A stretch of 64,000 nt of DNA from the human T2T-CHM13v2.0 reference genome, Homo sapiens: NCBI RefSeq assembly GCF_009914755.1, contig NC_060943.1. One strand, 5' to 3'. Positions 1 to 14,001 of this stretch are shown one piece after another; position 1 is the first letter of the stretch; every line of letters starts with the position of its first letter. The notes below the pieces were generated by a model, which was not told the origin of the DNA, searched no databases, and was given only the letters and a program-made list of their open reading frames with translations. A program made the translations under genes and the position numbers.

Positions 1-205
1 AGGATTCAGATCATCTGGGTTTGAATTCTGGCTATTCCACTGAGTGGTTATAGGACTTCAGGCCAGTCTCATAACCCACCCTAAGTGGGGATACTAGGAG
101 CAGTTTGTGCCTGTTGGAGCACTAAATTAGATGATTAATGTAATGTGCTAAGACCAGAGCCAGGCACTGAGAAGGTGTTCAATAAGCATTAATGATCTCA
201 TTATT
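1..205 (+). mobile_element. MIR SINE fragment
   Basis: CTGGGTTTGAATTCTGGCT core and 3' end TAATGTGCTAAGACCAGAGCCAGGCAC...TCAATAAGCATTA resemble the MIR consensus. Confidence 0.65.
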
Positions 206-1857
206 GTCGTGTTCGTTGTTAAGCCTTTGGTCATGCCTTATCTCATTTAGTTCTGAGGGTCTGAGGCAGTGCTAGGAAAGCATCATGGGAGACAGGCATG
301 GTGGGAGCTGAGCCCTGACATGAATGGGGCTAACTCAATGGCATAAGGTGTGGGAATGGTGTTTGTCAGCAGTTGGGATGAGCAGTGATGCCCCTTAGGT
401 GCAGTGAGGGTAATCCTGACTTGAGAGATGAAATCCTCAAGGGCCCCCAACCCCTTCTCCCCATTCTGTGGCTGGATCTCAGCCAAGGTGTGTGGAGTGG
501 TTGGGTGGGGGGTTCAAGTCTAGGAACAGAGGGAGAGAAGGTCAGGTCAGTGAGCCATGTGGAAGCATGAACAAAAGAAGGGGAGTTGATTTTGAAGGAG
601 GTAACAAGGCATAGAGCTTTTTAAGGACACTTCATTTGAGAGTTAGTGGTTGGTAGATGGGAGGGTGAAGGAAAGGAGACCAGAGTGGAGGAGAAAGGGA
701 AACTTCTGGGAAGATGTACTTGGGGGGATATTCCAAGCCAGGCAAATGAGTGCAGGGGAAATGGAGGTAGGGCAGGTCCAGGGACCAAAGGTGAAGCTTG
801 GCCTATAGAGGCACAGGCCTGGGTTGGAGGGACTCTCAAGAAAAGCAGGAATGGGAAATCTTATAGTAATGTCACCAATGACATAGGCTCAAAAGGGCTT
901 TGCACCTGTTTTTTTCTTCTTGAAACCAAGAAGTTTCCTCTCTTCCCCACTTCTCGCCTCTGAATCACTCAGAGATCAGGGCTGGTGACAAGGGCCAGTG
1001 GCAGAGGCAGTATGTTTGAGGAGTTCAGAATACCTCTCCCCAAAGCAGGAGGTATATCTAGAAAAATGAAGCCTCTGATCTCCTTTCTTCTGTGTCTCGG
1101 GCCTCAGGCTGCTTCCAGGAGCCCAGCCATGCCTGGAACACGTTTCATGAGTGTCTAGGGGTTAACACTTCAAGAAGAAACAGGGGAGATTTTGCTGGTG
1201 TACACTATGTCATGAGAATGGATCTAACGAGTGAGAGGAAGCTCTGATCAAGAGCTGAAAAACCTGCACGATTTTCAACTCAGGAACCCACGCGTACCAC
1301 CATTTTCTTCTACGAGAAACCTCAACAGGTTACAGATACATAATTTGAAAGAAAACAACCTTAAGTAATGTGCCATTCTAGTTAGGTCTAAATTCACATT
1401 TGAAAATATTATTCAACTAATTAAAATGGAATTAAATGAATACAGTGTTAACTGTGTCTAGTGTTTAGCATAAAATGTTGTTAAATATATCATACTCTGT
1501 GTTCCAAACTGGCGGCAGATTTTAGCAATGTTTAATTGTAAGAAATAGCCATGTACTACTTAATTGCATAAGTAGGTGGAACATAAAAATCACAATTACA
1601 TGAATTATATTAAGTAAAATATGTTAAAATAGTTTGTTTTTCGATGGTGGAATTTTATGGACACTATAATGAAAGTGAAGTACATTTTTAATTACCTAAT
1701 TATTGCTATTTTCAAAGTCCATTTACACCATAATTGTTCCTGTTTTCATAGTCCAAAGAGTTCATGACAGAGAGACTCAGTGGGATCTAAAATAAGGATT
1801 CATTCTTCAGACAACTCCTGCTCATGGTTTCCCCCTATCTTTACAAAATCGATCTCA

Positions 1858-2000
1858 GATTCATTCAACATGCATTCAACAGGTAATTGTGTGTGTGAAA
1901 TTGCTGGGAATGGTAGCAGGTTGCAGAGATGAGGGAGGGGTAGATTTCCAGCCCTCAAGCAACTCATAGTCTAATGACAGAGGTAAGATGGACTACAGCA
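1858..2000 (-). mobile_element. L2 LINE 3' end fragment
   Basis: TCATTCAACATGCATTCAACA...CCAGCCCTCAAGCAACTCATAGTCTA matches the reverse complement of the L2 3' terminus. Confidence 0.55.
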
Positions 2001-2768
2001 GACGCAGAAGGGAAGCATGGTCAGGAGTTAGAGGGACACACCAACTTCTCTTGAGCGGATGGATGCATGACTGTGGGCTCCTGGACCCGGGGAAGAAGGC
2101 AGGACTGGGCTAGCCTGGGCTGGGGCAGGGGCAGTGGTGAGGAAGGGCATCCCAGGCTCCAGCAAGGACACAGAGGAAGGAAAAGCAGGTGGCATGAAGT
2201 TTTGTGAGGCAGACCAGCCCAGTAGTGGCAGACAGCCATGGGCAAATGGCAAAAAGAGATTCAGTGGCAAAGCCAGCCCAGGCCAGCCAGACCCTGGGAG
2301 CCGGCAGGGAGATTCCAGCAGTGAGGAGCGGGGAGTGTGGGGTTTCAATCAGTGGATTTGGGGTTCAGCATGAGCCCTTTGGCCTGGGGGTGACAAAGCA
2401 GGAGCTGCAGGACCCTGAGCACTGGAAGACAACAAGGCCAGTGACAGCAACAGAAGGATCAAGGGAAAGGTGATTTAAGTGAAAAACAATAAATTTGCTT
2501 CTGGACTGAGGCGTGTTGAGGTTATATAAAGATATCCAGGGTAGATGCTTGGAGGCATGTTTGCTCAGTAGATTGAGGCTTTTAAGCCTTTTAAACAAAC
2601 AAACAAACAAATCCTTGAGAGCACTTTTAAGCTTTTCTTTCTCTCTTTTTTTTTTTCTTTTTTGATACCATAGGAAATTTTGAGATAAAACCGTGAAATG
2701 TTAGGGCAGTCCCTTACCACACATATTGAGTTAGTGTAATTTGTTAAAAAGCAAAAAAAGCAAAGGGT

Positions 2769-4345
<1,577 letters not shown>

Positions 4346-4679
4346 GCAATGGAGGAGAGGAGCAGATTACATAAAAGGAATGAGCGTGCTGGCACTTAGC
4401 GCACGTTTGGTGCCCAGTCCTCACTCTCATTCTCTTTAGAATAAGTCTACACTCTTTCTTCTGAGCCTCGAGCTGCCCCTGGAGTTTAGACAATTATCTT
4501 CCTTTGAGGATTTGAGAAAAGTTTTCAAATTGCGACAATTTAGGGGGATTTTATTTTTTATTTTATTCTTATTTCTCACTCCTTACTTCTTCCTGCACTT
4601 GGAATCGTTAACTTGTGCTGAGTGTGGCCGCCAGGCCATCACTGCTAGAAAGGACGAGAGATTCTTAGCAGTAGTCAGA

Positions 4680-5050
4680 GAGCACCCGTCGGGACCAGTC
4701 CTTCTAATTCTCAAACCAAATGAGGTTGAACAAACCCGGGTAAGTTTTGGCGCTTCCGGCTGGTTGTTCCAAATCTTTGAAAGCCCTCTGCGCACTCTCC
4801 GTCATTCATGTAATCATTTAAAATATGTCTTCCTGTACAGGAACTGGGTCCCAGCCGCAGGGTAACCAGAGGCTGCATGAGTCACTGTGGTTAAGACAGA
4901 TCATTGAATTCTCAGCTGGCGTGACCTCATAGCTGGGAAGCCAGAGGGCCTGCGCCAGCCAAGAGGAGCTAGCTTTGCTGATGGTGTGGTGCAGGAAGTG
5001 ACTCTGCCCCATACCTGAGTCCTTTCCATAGGAAGTGAGCTGAGTGGAGA
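4680..5050. promoter_or_regulatory. Candidate enhancer (ETS + AP-1 motif cluster)
   Basis: CGCTTCCGG 4751-4759, TGAGTCA 4878-4884, CAGGAAGTG 4992-5000 and AGGAAGTG 5030-5037 in non-repeat DNA with locally elevated CpG. Confidence 0.35.
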
Positions 5051-5230
5051 CAACAGCAGATTGAGAAAGCAAGAACAGAGTCTTTGATTCTTGAGTTTTA
5101 TTCAGCTCAGGGAAAGACTGCATTCATACCTGGAAAAGGCATTGCACCTAAGTTGACTGAGACTTATCACTTTCACATCCCAGGATTAAGTGTGGGGGTC
5201 CTGAAGACCTATTTCCTAAAGAATCAGGCA

Positions 5231-5606
<376 letters not shown>

Positions 5607-5986
5607 TTAAAATAAAATTTTTAAAAAGTTGGCAGGTACCAAATATTGATACAAAAATGAAGATATTCGGTTGGTTGGCTATACATCTCCAGTGTAGGTG
5701 TTTCAAGCATTTCCCAGACATTAGTCATTTAGATACCACATTCAGAATTGTGGCGCTATATCATGTCAATACTACCCTGTACTCATATTTTTCTTTAATA
5801 TGAGTCAGGTCTTTACTTAAATAAATTTACTCAAAAAGGAAAATTGCTGTCACTCACTGGGAAGTCAGAATCATCTGTCATAAATTGTAAATCACACAAA
5901 TGAATTTAATGAAAACATTAAATTAGAAGCATCTGTCCACAGAGCACATAAAATAATCTTAAATAACATCAATGCTATACAAGTAA

Positions 5987-6064
5987 ACAAGAAACATCAA
6001 AGAACATCAATGGTATAAGTGTATACAAGAAATATCCATGGTATAAGTGTAGACAAGAAATATC
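5987..6064. repeat. Local repeat block: 28-bp-period tandem pair, and source of a 49-bp copy at 6710-6758
   Basis: ATGGTATAAGTGTA(T/G)ACAAGAAATATC at 6010-6036 and 6038-6064; 5987-6035 is identical to 6710-6758. Confidence 0.9.
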
Positions 6065-6194
6065 AGAAATAGGGTAAAAATGTGAGCTTTAAAAAACTAA
6101 AACTCTGAGGATAGCTGGTCCCAATTGTGTTGTTTTAACCATAAAATAAAATGATTTTTTACATTAATAGGAATATTTACAGAAAAAGGTTCTA

Positions 6195-6500
<306 letters not shown>

Positions 6501-6904
6501 CTATATATAGGATCTATAGTAGAGTTTTCCAATTGGCTTAAAAAAACTATTAAAAATTAAATTAAATTTATTATTAAATATTAAATATTAAATTAAATTA
6601 AAATTGTTAAATTTTGGAGGAAAATCACCAAATTCTCAAAGAAAAACCATACAATGCAATTACTTACAACTCACGTTCTTTATGATGGTGTATGTATGTA
6701 TATATGTATACAAGAAACATCAAAGAACATCAATGGTATAAGTGTATACAAGAAATATAATTCTTTATGATGGTGTTATGTCTGGCCATCAAATCGTTCT
6801 TAAATATTTAAACTTAGTCTGCCAGAATACTCAAGAAATTCATTTTAGGCCTTTTTGGGGGGGCTCCCAGCCCCCACCATGTCTCAAGCTGAGCACACAA
6901 CTAG

Positions 6905-7758
<854 letters not shown>

Positions 7759-8089
7759 TGAAAATCTCTGTGTGCATGGCTGGGGTTAAGGGGCAGAGAC
7801 AGCTAGTGGCAGAATGTTGTGGGCAGAGGAACAACAAGGACAAATGCCCAAGGTGGAACTTGTGTGCAAACCTTAAAGGAACAGAAAGAAATCCAGTGGT
7901 GCTGGAACAGGGCAACGGGGTGAACGAGGGGGAGATGGAGCAGATGAGGTCAAGGAGATGGGCAGGGCTGGTGGATGAAAGGCGAGAACTCCCTTCCAAA
8001 GGACAAACATTTATTTAAAGTGCAAAGCAAATGTTATAGATGGATTTTAAGAAAAGGGAGGTCGTAATCTAATTTACCTTTAAAAAAAA

Positions 8090-8527
8090 ATAAACTAGAC
8101 TTTATTTTAGAGCAGTTTTAGTTTTGCAGCAAAACTGAGCAGAAGGTACAGAGATTTCCCATGTGCCCCCTGCATTTGACATGCACAGCCTCCTCCATTA
8201 TCGACAGCCCCCACCAGTTGGTCCTTTTGTTACAACTGATGAACTGCACTAACACATCACCATCACCCAGAATCCATAGTTTACGTAAGGGTTCGCTCTT
8301 GGTGTTGTGCATTCTACGAGTTTAGATCAATGCATAATGGCATGTATCCACCTACAAAGCAGTGTATAGAATCCTACAAAGCAGTGTCACTGCCCTGAAA
8401 CTCCTCTGTGCTCTGCCTGTCATCCCTTCCTCCCCTCAACCCCTGATAACCACTGGTCTTTTCACTGTCTTTACAATTTTGCCTTTTCCAGAATGTCACA
8501 CAGTTGGAATGATACAGTATGTAAAGC
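8090..8527 (-). mobile_element. L1MC 3' end (non-inverted part of a 5'-inverted L1)
   Basis: TAGACTTTATTTTAGAGCAGTTTTAG...GCCTTTTCCAGAATGTCA is the reverse complement of the L1MC 3'UTR seen at 3600-4345. Confidence 0.9.
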
Positions 8528-9437
8528 ATGTAAAACACAAAACAATAAACTCCTTGAAGATAACATAGGAGAAAATCTAGATGGCCTAGGATTTGGTGAG
8601 GACTTTTTAGATCCAACACCAAAGGCACATTCCGTGAAAGAGAGAAATGATAAGCTGGACTTAATTAAAATTAAAAATTTCTCCTCTGTGAAAGACACTG
8701 CCAAGAGAATGAAAAGACAAGCCACAGACTGGGAGGAAATATTTGCAAAGGATATTATCTGAAAAAGGCCTGCTATCCAAAGTGTACAAGAACACTTAAA
8801 ACTCAACAATCACAGAATAAACAATCCAGCTTAAAAATGGGCCAAAGACCTTAGCAGACACCTTACCAAAGAAGATAGAGATGGCAAATACCTATATAAA
8901 AAGATGTCCTATGTCATATGTCATTAGGGAGATACAACTTAGAGCAACACTGAGATGCCACCACACATCTATTAGCATGGCTGAAATTGAGATCACTGAC
9001 AACACTAAATGCTGGCAAGGATGTGGAGTAACAGGAACTTTCATTCATTGTTGGTAGAAATGCAAAATGGAACAGCCACTTTGGAAGACAATTTGGGGGT
9101 TTCTTATAAAACTAAATATACTCTTACCATGCCATCCTGCAGTCTCACTCCTAGATATACCCAAGAGAAGAGAAAACTTATGTCTACATAAAAACTCCCA
9201 CGTGGATATGTGTAATAGGTTTATTAATAATTGCCAAAACTTTGAAGCAACCAAGTCATCCTTCAGTAGTTCAACGGATGAATAAACTGGTTCATCCAGA
9301 CTATGGAATATTGTTCAGAGCTAAAAAGAAATGAGCTATCAGCCATAAAAAAGGCCTGGAGAAAACTTAAATGTATGTTACTAATTGGGGTGGGGGAAGC
9401 CAGTGTAAAAGGGCTACATGCTGTATGATTCTAACTT
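8528..9437 (+). mobile_element. L1MC ORF2 C-terminal/3'UTR segment (inverted part)
   Basis: ORF 8493-8762 contains the L1 ORF2 remnant KLLEDNIGENLDGLGFGEDFLDPTPKA...KRQATDWEEIFA; segment ends at GCTACATGCTGTATGATTCTAACT. Confidence 0.9.
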
Positions 9438-10091
9438 AAACCTTTAAATTTGTTATAACATTATTTTCTAAAGTGTCATGGCCCATTGGGAATTTCACTC
9501 CCCATGGTCTGAGGTAGTGGGATTGTAATCCGGCAGCATTGCTAATTTTTCTACTAATTTTACAGGCTTTGCCACACTGTGACTGTCAGGAGGTTCTTAC
9601 TTGCAGAAGGAGATGCTTCAGGTACATGTTTGTACCAGAGCATTAGTAAGGCTGCATCACAGAGTGAGATGTGCATATCTTCAGGCTCTAAAGACTTAAG
9701 GGAAGTTCTTCGAAGCTGACAGTGAGGCCTTTATGCTTTCACCATACGTATAAAATCAGTGTTTCTGGATTGGACCCCAAAAATTCATTAGTTCTCTGCT
9801 CTCAGACAAGACACTTCTCCCAGTGGAGCTTGTTTTTCACTGCCTATGGAGAGACAGGTGAACAAAATGATTCCGTGTCTTGACCTATGACCTCTGTATC
9901 AGAGAATGACTCAGTAGCTACTGTGAATAAATAAACCCCTAAATCCAAAGGGCTCAACACAGCAGAAGTTCATTTTTCTTATCAAGTCCAATCAGTGGTA
10001 ATGATGGCAGTGAGAAGTTTGCTTCAAGCAAACTTGAAGCAAACTTGTTCAGTGACTTGGCTTCTCTCTCTGTTGTGATTTTACCCTCTTC

Positions 10092-11238
10092 TAGAGCAGT
10101 TCTGGCCAGTAGAATATTCTATGGTGATGGAAATGTTCTATATTTCCTTGTCCAATACAATAGCCACTAAAGATGTATGGCTATGAAGCACTTGAAATGT
10201 GGCCTGTGCAATGGCAGAACTGAATTTTTAATTTTATTTAATTTTTTAAAGAAGAAAAACATTGAAGAACCTTTATTATCTCATTTCAGGACTTACTTTA
10301 TGGTATTTAAATTAGGGAAAGTAATTAAGACAGTTCTATTAGCTTATGAATCAATGGAACAAACAGAATAGAGTCCAGAAGTGAATATATATGTGTATAG
10401 ATATATATATGTATATATATAAAAAATATATATGTATATTCAAAATGTATACTGAATATATCTGGAATGTGTATAAGTATATAATTGAATATATATGGAA
10501 TTTGATTACATTAAAATATATATATTCAATTGATCTTTGGAAAGATCAATTGATCAATTGATTATTTGATCAATTTAATCAATAGTCTTCAACTGATCTC
10601 TTGGAAAAAGATCAATTAAAGACGATTTCTCCCACTACCCATTTACCTTGTCAAGGCCAAGGTGGATGGATGGTGGAGAAAATCCTTTTCAACAAACAGT
10701 GGTAGAACAACTGGATATCTGTATGAAATAAAAATGGAGAGATAGATTTAAGAGGAACTATAACTATGCCACATTGGTGTATGTTATTTTTGTCAAACTG
10801 ATTACTGAAGTGAGAAGCATCGGCTGCAACTTTAAGAGGAAGGAACAGGGGCCTGGAAACATTAAATAAAAACACAATAATCACATAGCAAGGAAATGCC
10901 AAAGGCAAGATTGAAATCCAGTTATCTGTCATCCAAAAGTTGCCCCATGATGGTATGGGAGACTTGCAGGAGAAAGGTAAAGAGATGAATAAGTGAAGGG
11001 CGACAGGTTGTAAGTTAGACAGCAACTGAGGTCTCTCACTGCCCCTTGTCTCTCTATATATGTATTTTGGGTCTCATCTAACTTCAATTTCACATTTTAT
11101 TTTTATTTCATTGGGTTGGGGAAGGGAAGAAATCAAGAGTACTTGGGACTGTGATAGTTCTTTGTCTCTCATTTTTATTTCATTTAAATTAATTCAAATT
11201 TAAATAGCAACATATGATTAGTGGCTATTAGTAGCTAG
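10092..11238. mobile_element. MER3 (hAT-Charlie MITE), split (about 10092-10250 and 11170-11238)
   Basis: GATGGAAATGTTCTATAT...TGTCCAATACAATAGCCACTA...GCACTTGAAATGTGGC, then AAATTTAAATAGCAACATATGATTAGTGGCTA; CTAGAG at both flanks. Confidence 0.75.
10255..10760 (+). mobile_element. Old L1M ORF2 fragment with internal AT-rich expansion
   Basis: GTAATTAAGACAG...ATCAATGGAACAAACAGAATAGAGTCCAGAA and CTTTTCAACAAACAGTGGTAGAACAACTGGATATC. Confidence 0.65.
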
Positions 11239-11664
11239 AGCCTTGGCGCCCTTTCTATTCAGCTGGCAGGTAAGGAAGGATGATCACAGGGTAGGTTTTT
11301 AAAGGGCCAGTCTGAGAAGTGGTGCACTTCACTTCCTTTTCCTTTCCTCTGGCTAACACCGAGTCACATGACCACACCTCACTGCAAAGGAGGCTGGGAA
11401 ATGTAGTCTAGCTGTGTGCTCAGAAAGATGAAGGAACAGATTTTGGTGAGCACATAGCAATATTTATGACTCCAGGATTGAAATTTCAATGAAGACTGAA
11501 ATGTGCACCACTTCCTTTTGAAGCAGCTACAGAAAGCAACAGGCAAATCCACCAAAAGTAGTTACATAAGAACAGCATAGATGCCAAACTAGTTAAAATG
11601 CCTAATTACAAATGTTTATTATCACCAGCAGTAACAAGACTAAGATCAGAGATGTGTATGCTCA

Positions 11665-11950
11665 ACTATGTATATTCACCCAACATCTGTCACATGCCTA
11701 CTTGGTATCAGATACTATGCCAGACACAGGGGATGCCATGATGGACAAGATATTATCTGCAAAATATAATTTTAATTTAACATGGCAGGTGTAGCATTAG
11801 AGGTAAGGGTAAAGTGCAATGAAAACTCAAGAAAAGGATGCTGAATTCTTTTGGTGGTGGATAGAAAGCCAATTTGGGCCAGGGTTTCCAATAGATATGT
11901 GCATGTGTATGAGTGCAGTGATACACATACCTTGAAAGACACTTTTTTGA
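11665..11950 (-). mobile_element. L2 fragment
   Basis: ATTCACCCAACATCTG...TGCCTAC...ACTATGCCAGACACAGGGGATGCCATGATGGACAAGA. Confidence 0.55.
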
Positions 11951-13224
11951 GACACAGGAGTGTCAAGGAATAGGTGGTGGGGTGTCTTCAAATCAAAGTC
12001 AACAGAAAACACATGTCATAACTCCAACATGGATGTGCAGTTCTCCTTATGTCAAATTGGTGGCTGACCTAAATCCACTCCCGGCCTCAGCCATGTGCCC
12101 GAGGTCATCAGATACACTCCACATTCCTTCCACAGCATCACCACGATATCATCTGAAGGTTAGCTGGGCACATTGAATAGAAACCACTGTCTCTCCTCCA
12201 ACCTCCCTTGGAGTTCCTTCTTCACCTCCCCTCTCCTGTAATGCTTTCTCTTCTTCCATGTTTGGTGGTAAGTTATTTACATGTCTACTCCCTAACACAA
12301 AATGGTGGCCTGTCGCTGGGCTTCAGTGTCCATGAGTTTATTATCTTAGCATTAACACGGTATCTGGCCCACTAAATATGGTGCACTTCCTGGTGGCTTG
12401 GTGACTCATAATCCCTTCACCTTACTTTCAATAATAGCATCCTAATGTGCTTCTGAAAGGTGAAAGGTTTACCTCGCCCTCTGTCTTGGGTCTTGTAAGA
12501 CTGCAAGCCAAGGTGTCAAGAATGGGACCTTTGCAACCAGCCTCTCTTCAGCCCCAGGACTTTGAATCTGGAGTACAGTGACATGAGGTCAGGAAGTGGT
12601 TGGAGCTCATGGTCCCCTGACAGTGTACGTGGTTGAGTTTGCCTGGACCCCAGCTATACCTTGGTTGCAGTCTATTTTAAGCCAGGGTCTTTACCCTTCC
12701 CATCCATTCTTTGAGCCTCATAGAGATTTCCCATGAATTTTCTTCATCTATAGCTAGACTGTAAGAATTCCAATTTGTAGAATGTACATCTGTAAGTGCA
12801 TATGGAACATGTTACTAATGAACGTCACAGAAGACTAAATGTAAAATCCCTCTTTATGGGCTAGTAGAATCTGTTTTACACAGAAGCAAAATGAAACACA
12901 TCCAGTATATATTGGAGTCCACAATGGGAATGGGGTCAGTCAAACGCATGTGACCAGATGTTATTTTCAATATGCTTGAAGATATTTTCACTTGACTCTT
13001 GAGATGAAAAGAGACAAGTAGGACTGAGACTTGGTACACACTTCACAACCTTCCTAGACTTGGAAAAACTTTCAAAGGCTCTAGAGTAAAGTCAAGGTTC
13101 CCATCTTCCTGTTCCCCAGTACTAATCAGAATGGATTCCTCCTTCCTTCAGGACCTCCTGTCCCTCTCCAGCTGCCATGCTCTCAGGAATATTTCACCCT
13201 TAAATGTTTCTCCCTCTGGACTGG

Positions 13225-13330
13225 AGCTTCAGCTTCAGTTTCTTTTCTGTATCTTCTACGGGGCTTAGCACAGGGACTTCCTTCATAGGAGGTACTCGGA
13301 AAATATTTGCTGAATTGAATGGAGTTAATT
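13225..13330 (+). mobile_element. L2 3' terminus
   Basis: GGCTTAGCACAGGG...CATAGGAGGTACTCGGAAAATATTTGCTGAATTGAAT. Confidence 0.6.
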
Positions 13331-13966
13331 TGAATTATTGAATCCAGGTAAGTGGCCTTGGTAAGTCCATTAGCTTTGCCCTGGGAATCTCGTCTCTTGT
13401 CCTTCTCCATTTCTATTTTGCCATATAAACATGACAGAGAGTGATTCAGTAGTCTTCCCTATTCACTTCAGAGGGTTAGAAATGAGATGTGAAAATGACA
13501 GCAAGAAGACATGTCAATAATACCCATGTGGGGTCAGCGAGTCTCCCGCTGCCTGCCCAACCTTTGCAAGAAGAAAGCCATCAAGGCCACTTGAGTGGAT
13601 CTCACACAATTCCCTTGACTCAAGATGACCATGAGGCTCAGGAGGTTGGCAGCTAGGATTTCTGTTGAGAGGGCATTAGAGATTCCATGTCCCTGTCACA
13701 CTGATGGAAGCCCTGTTTCTCTTGGACATCTGAGCCTGTAGATTTTTCCTCTGCTCATCTCATGGAGCAGAATTTGTTTTTGGTGTACACTTAAAATATT
13801 AGGGTCAGCTAATAAAATAATAAGAATCAAAGGTTTACCAACTCATAAAATATTAAGTCTTTAAGGCTTATCTGACACTGTAGAGCCCTCTGTATTTGTG
13901 GGGCCTCATGTGTATACCTTCTCCCAGGTAGGTCTGTGAATGATGGACTCTAATTTTAGTTCTTAT

Positions 13967-13969
<3 letters not shown>

Positions 13970-14000
<31 letters not shown>
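13970..14000. repeat. (GT)15 microsatellite
   Basis: Perfect TG dinucleotide run. Confidence 0.95.

Positions 14001-14001
<1 letters not shown>

Larger units (their letters stand above)
9895..11465 (-). mobile_element. MLT1J/K-like MaLR LTR, split (about 9895-10090 and 11240-11465)
   Basis: CCCTAAATCCAAAGGGCTCAACACAGCAGAAGTTCATTT and GTCACATGACCACACCTCACTGCAAAGGAGGCTGGGAAATGTAGTCTAGCTGTGTG. Confidence 0.65.

Noticed and set aside
1290-1720. AT-rich block possibly a DNA transposon fossil (similarly 5690-5940)
   Set aside because: I could not identify TIRs or match a family from memory; left unannotated pending a Dfam search
8493-8762. ORF with protein-like sequence
   Set aside because: It is a decayed L1 ORF2 remnant, not a host gene
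12400-12760. Possible old ERVL-type LTR
   Set aside because: Only a vague resemblance; boundaries and family not supportable by eye
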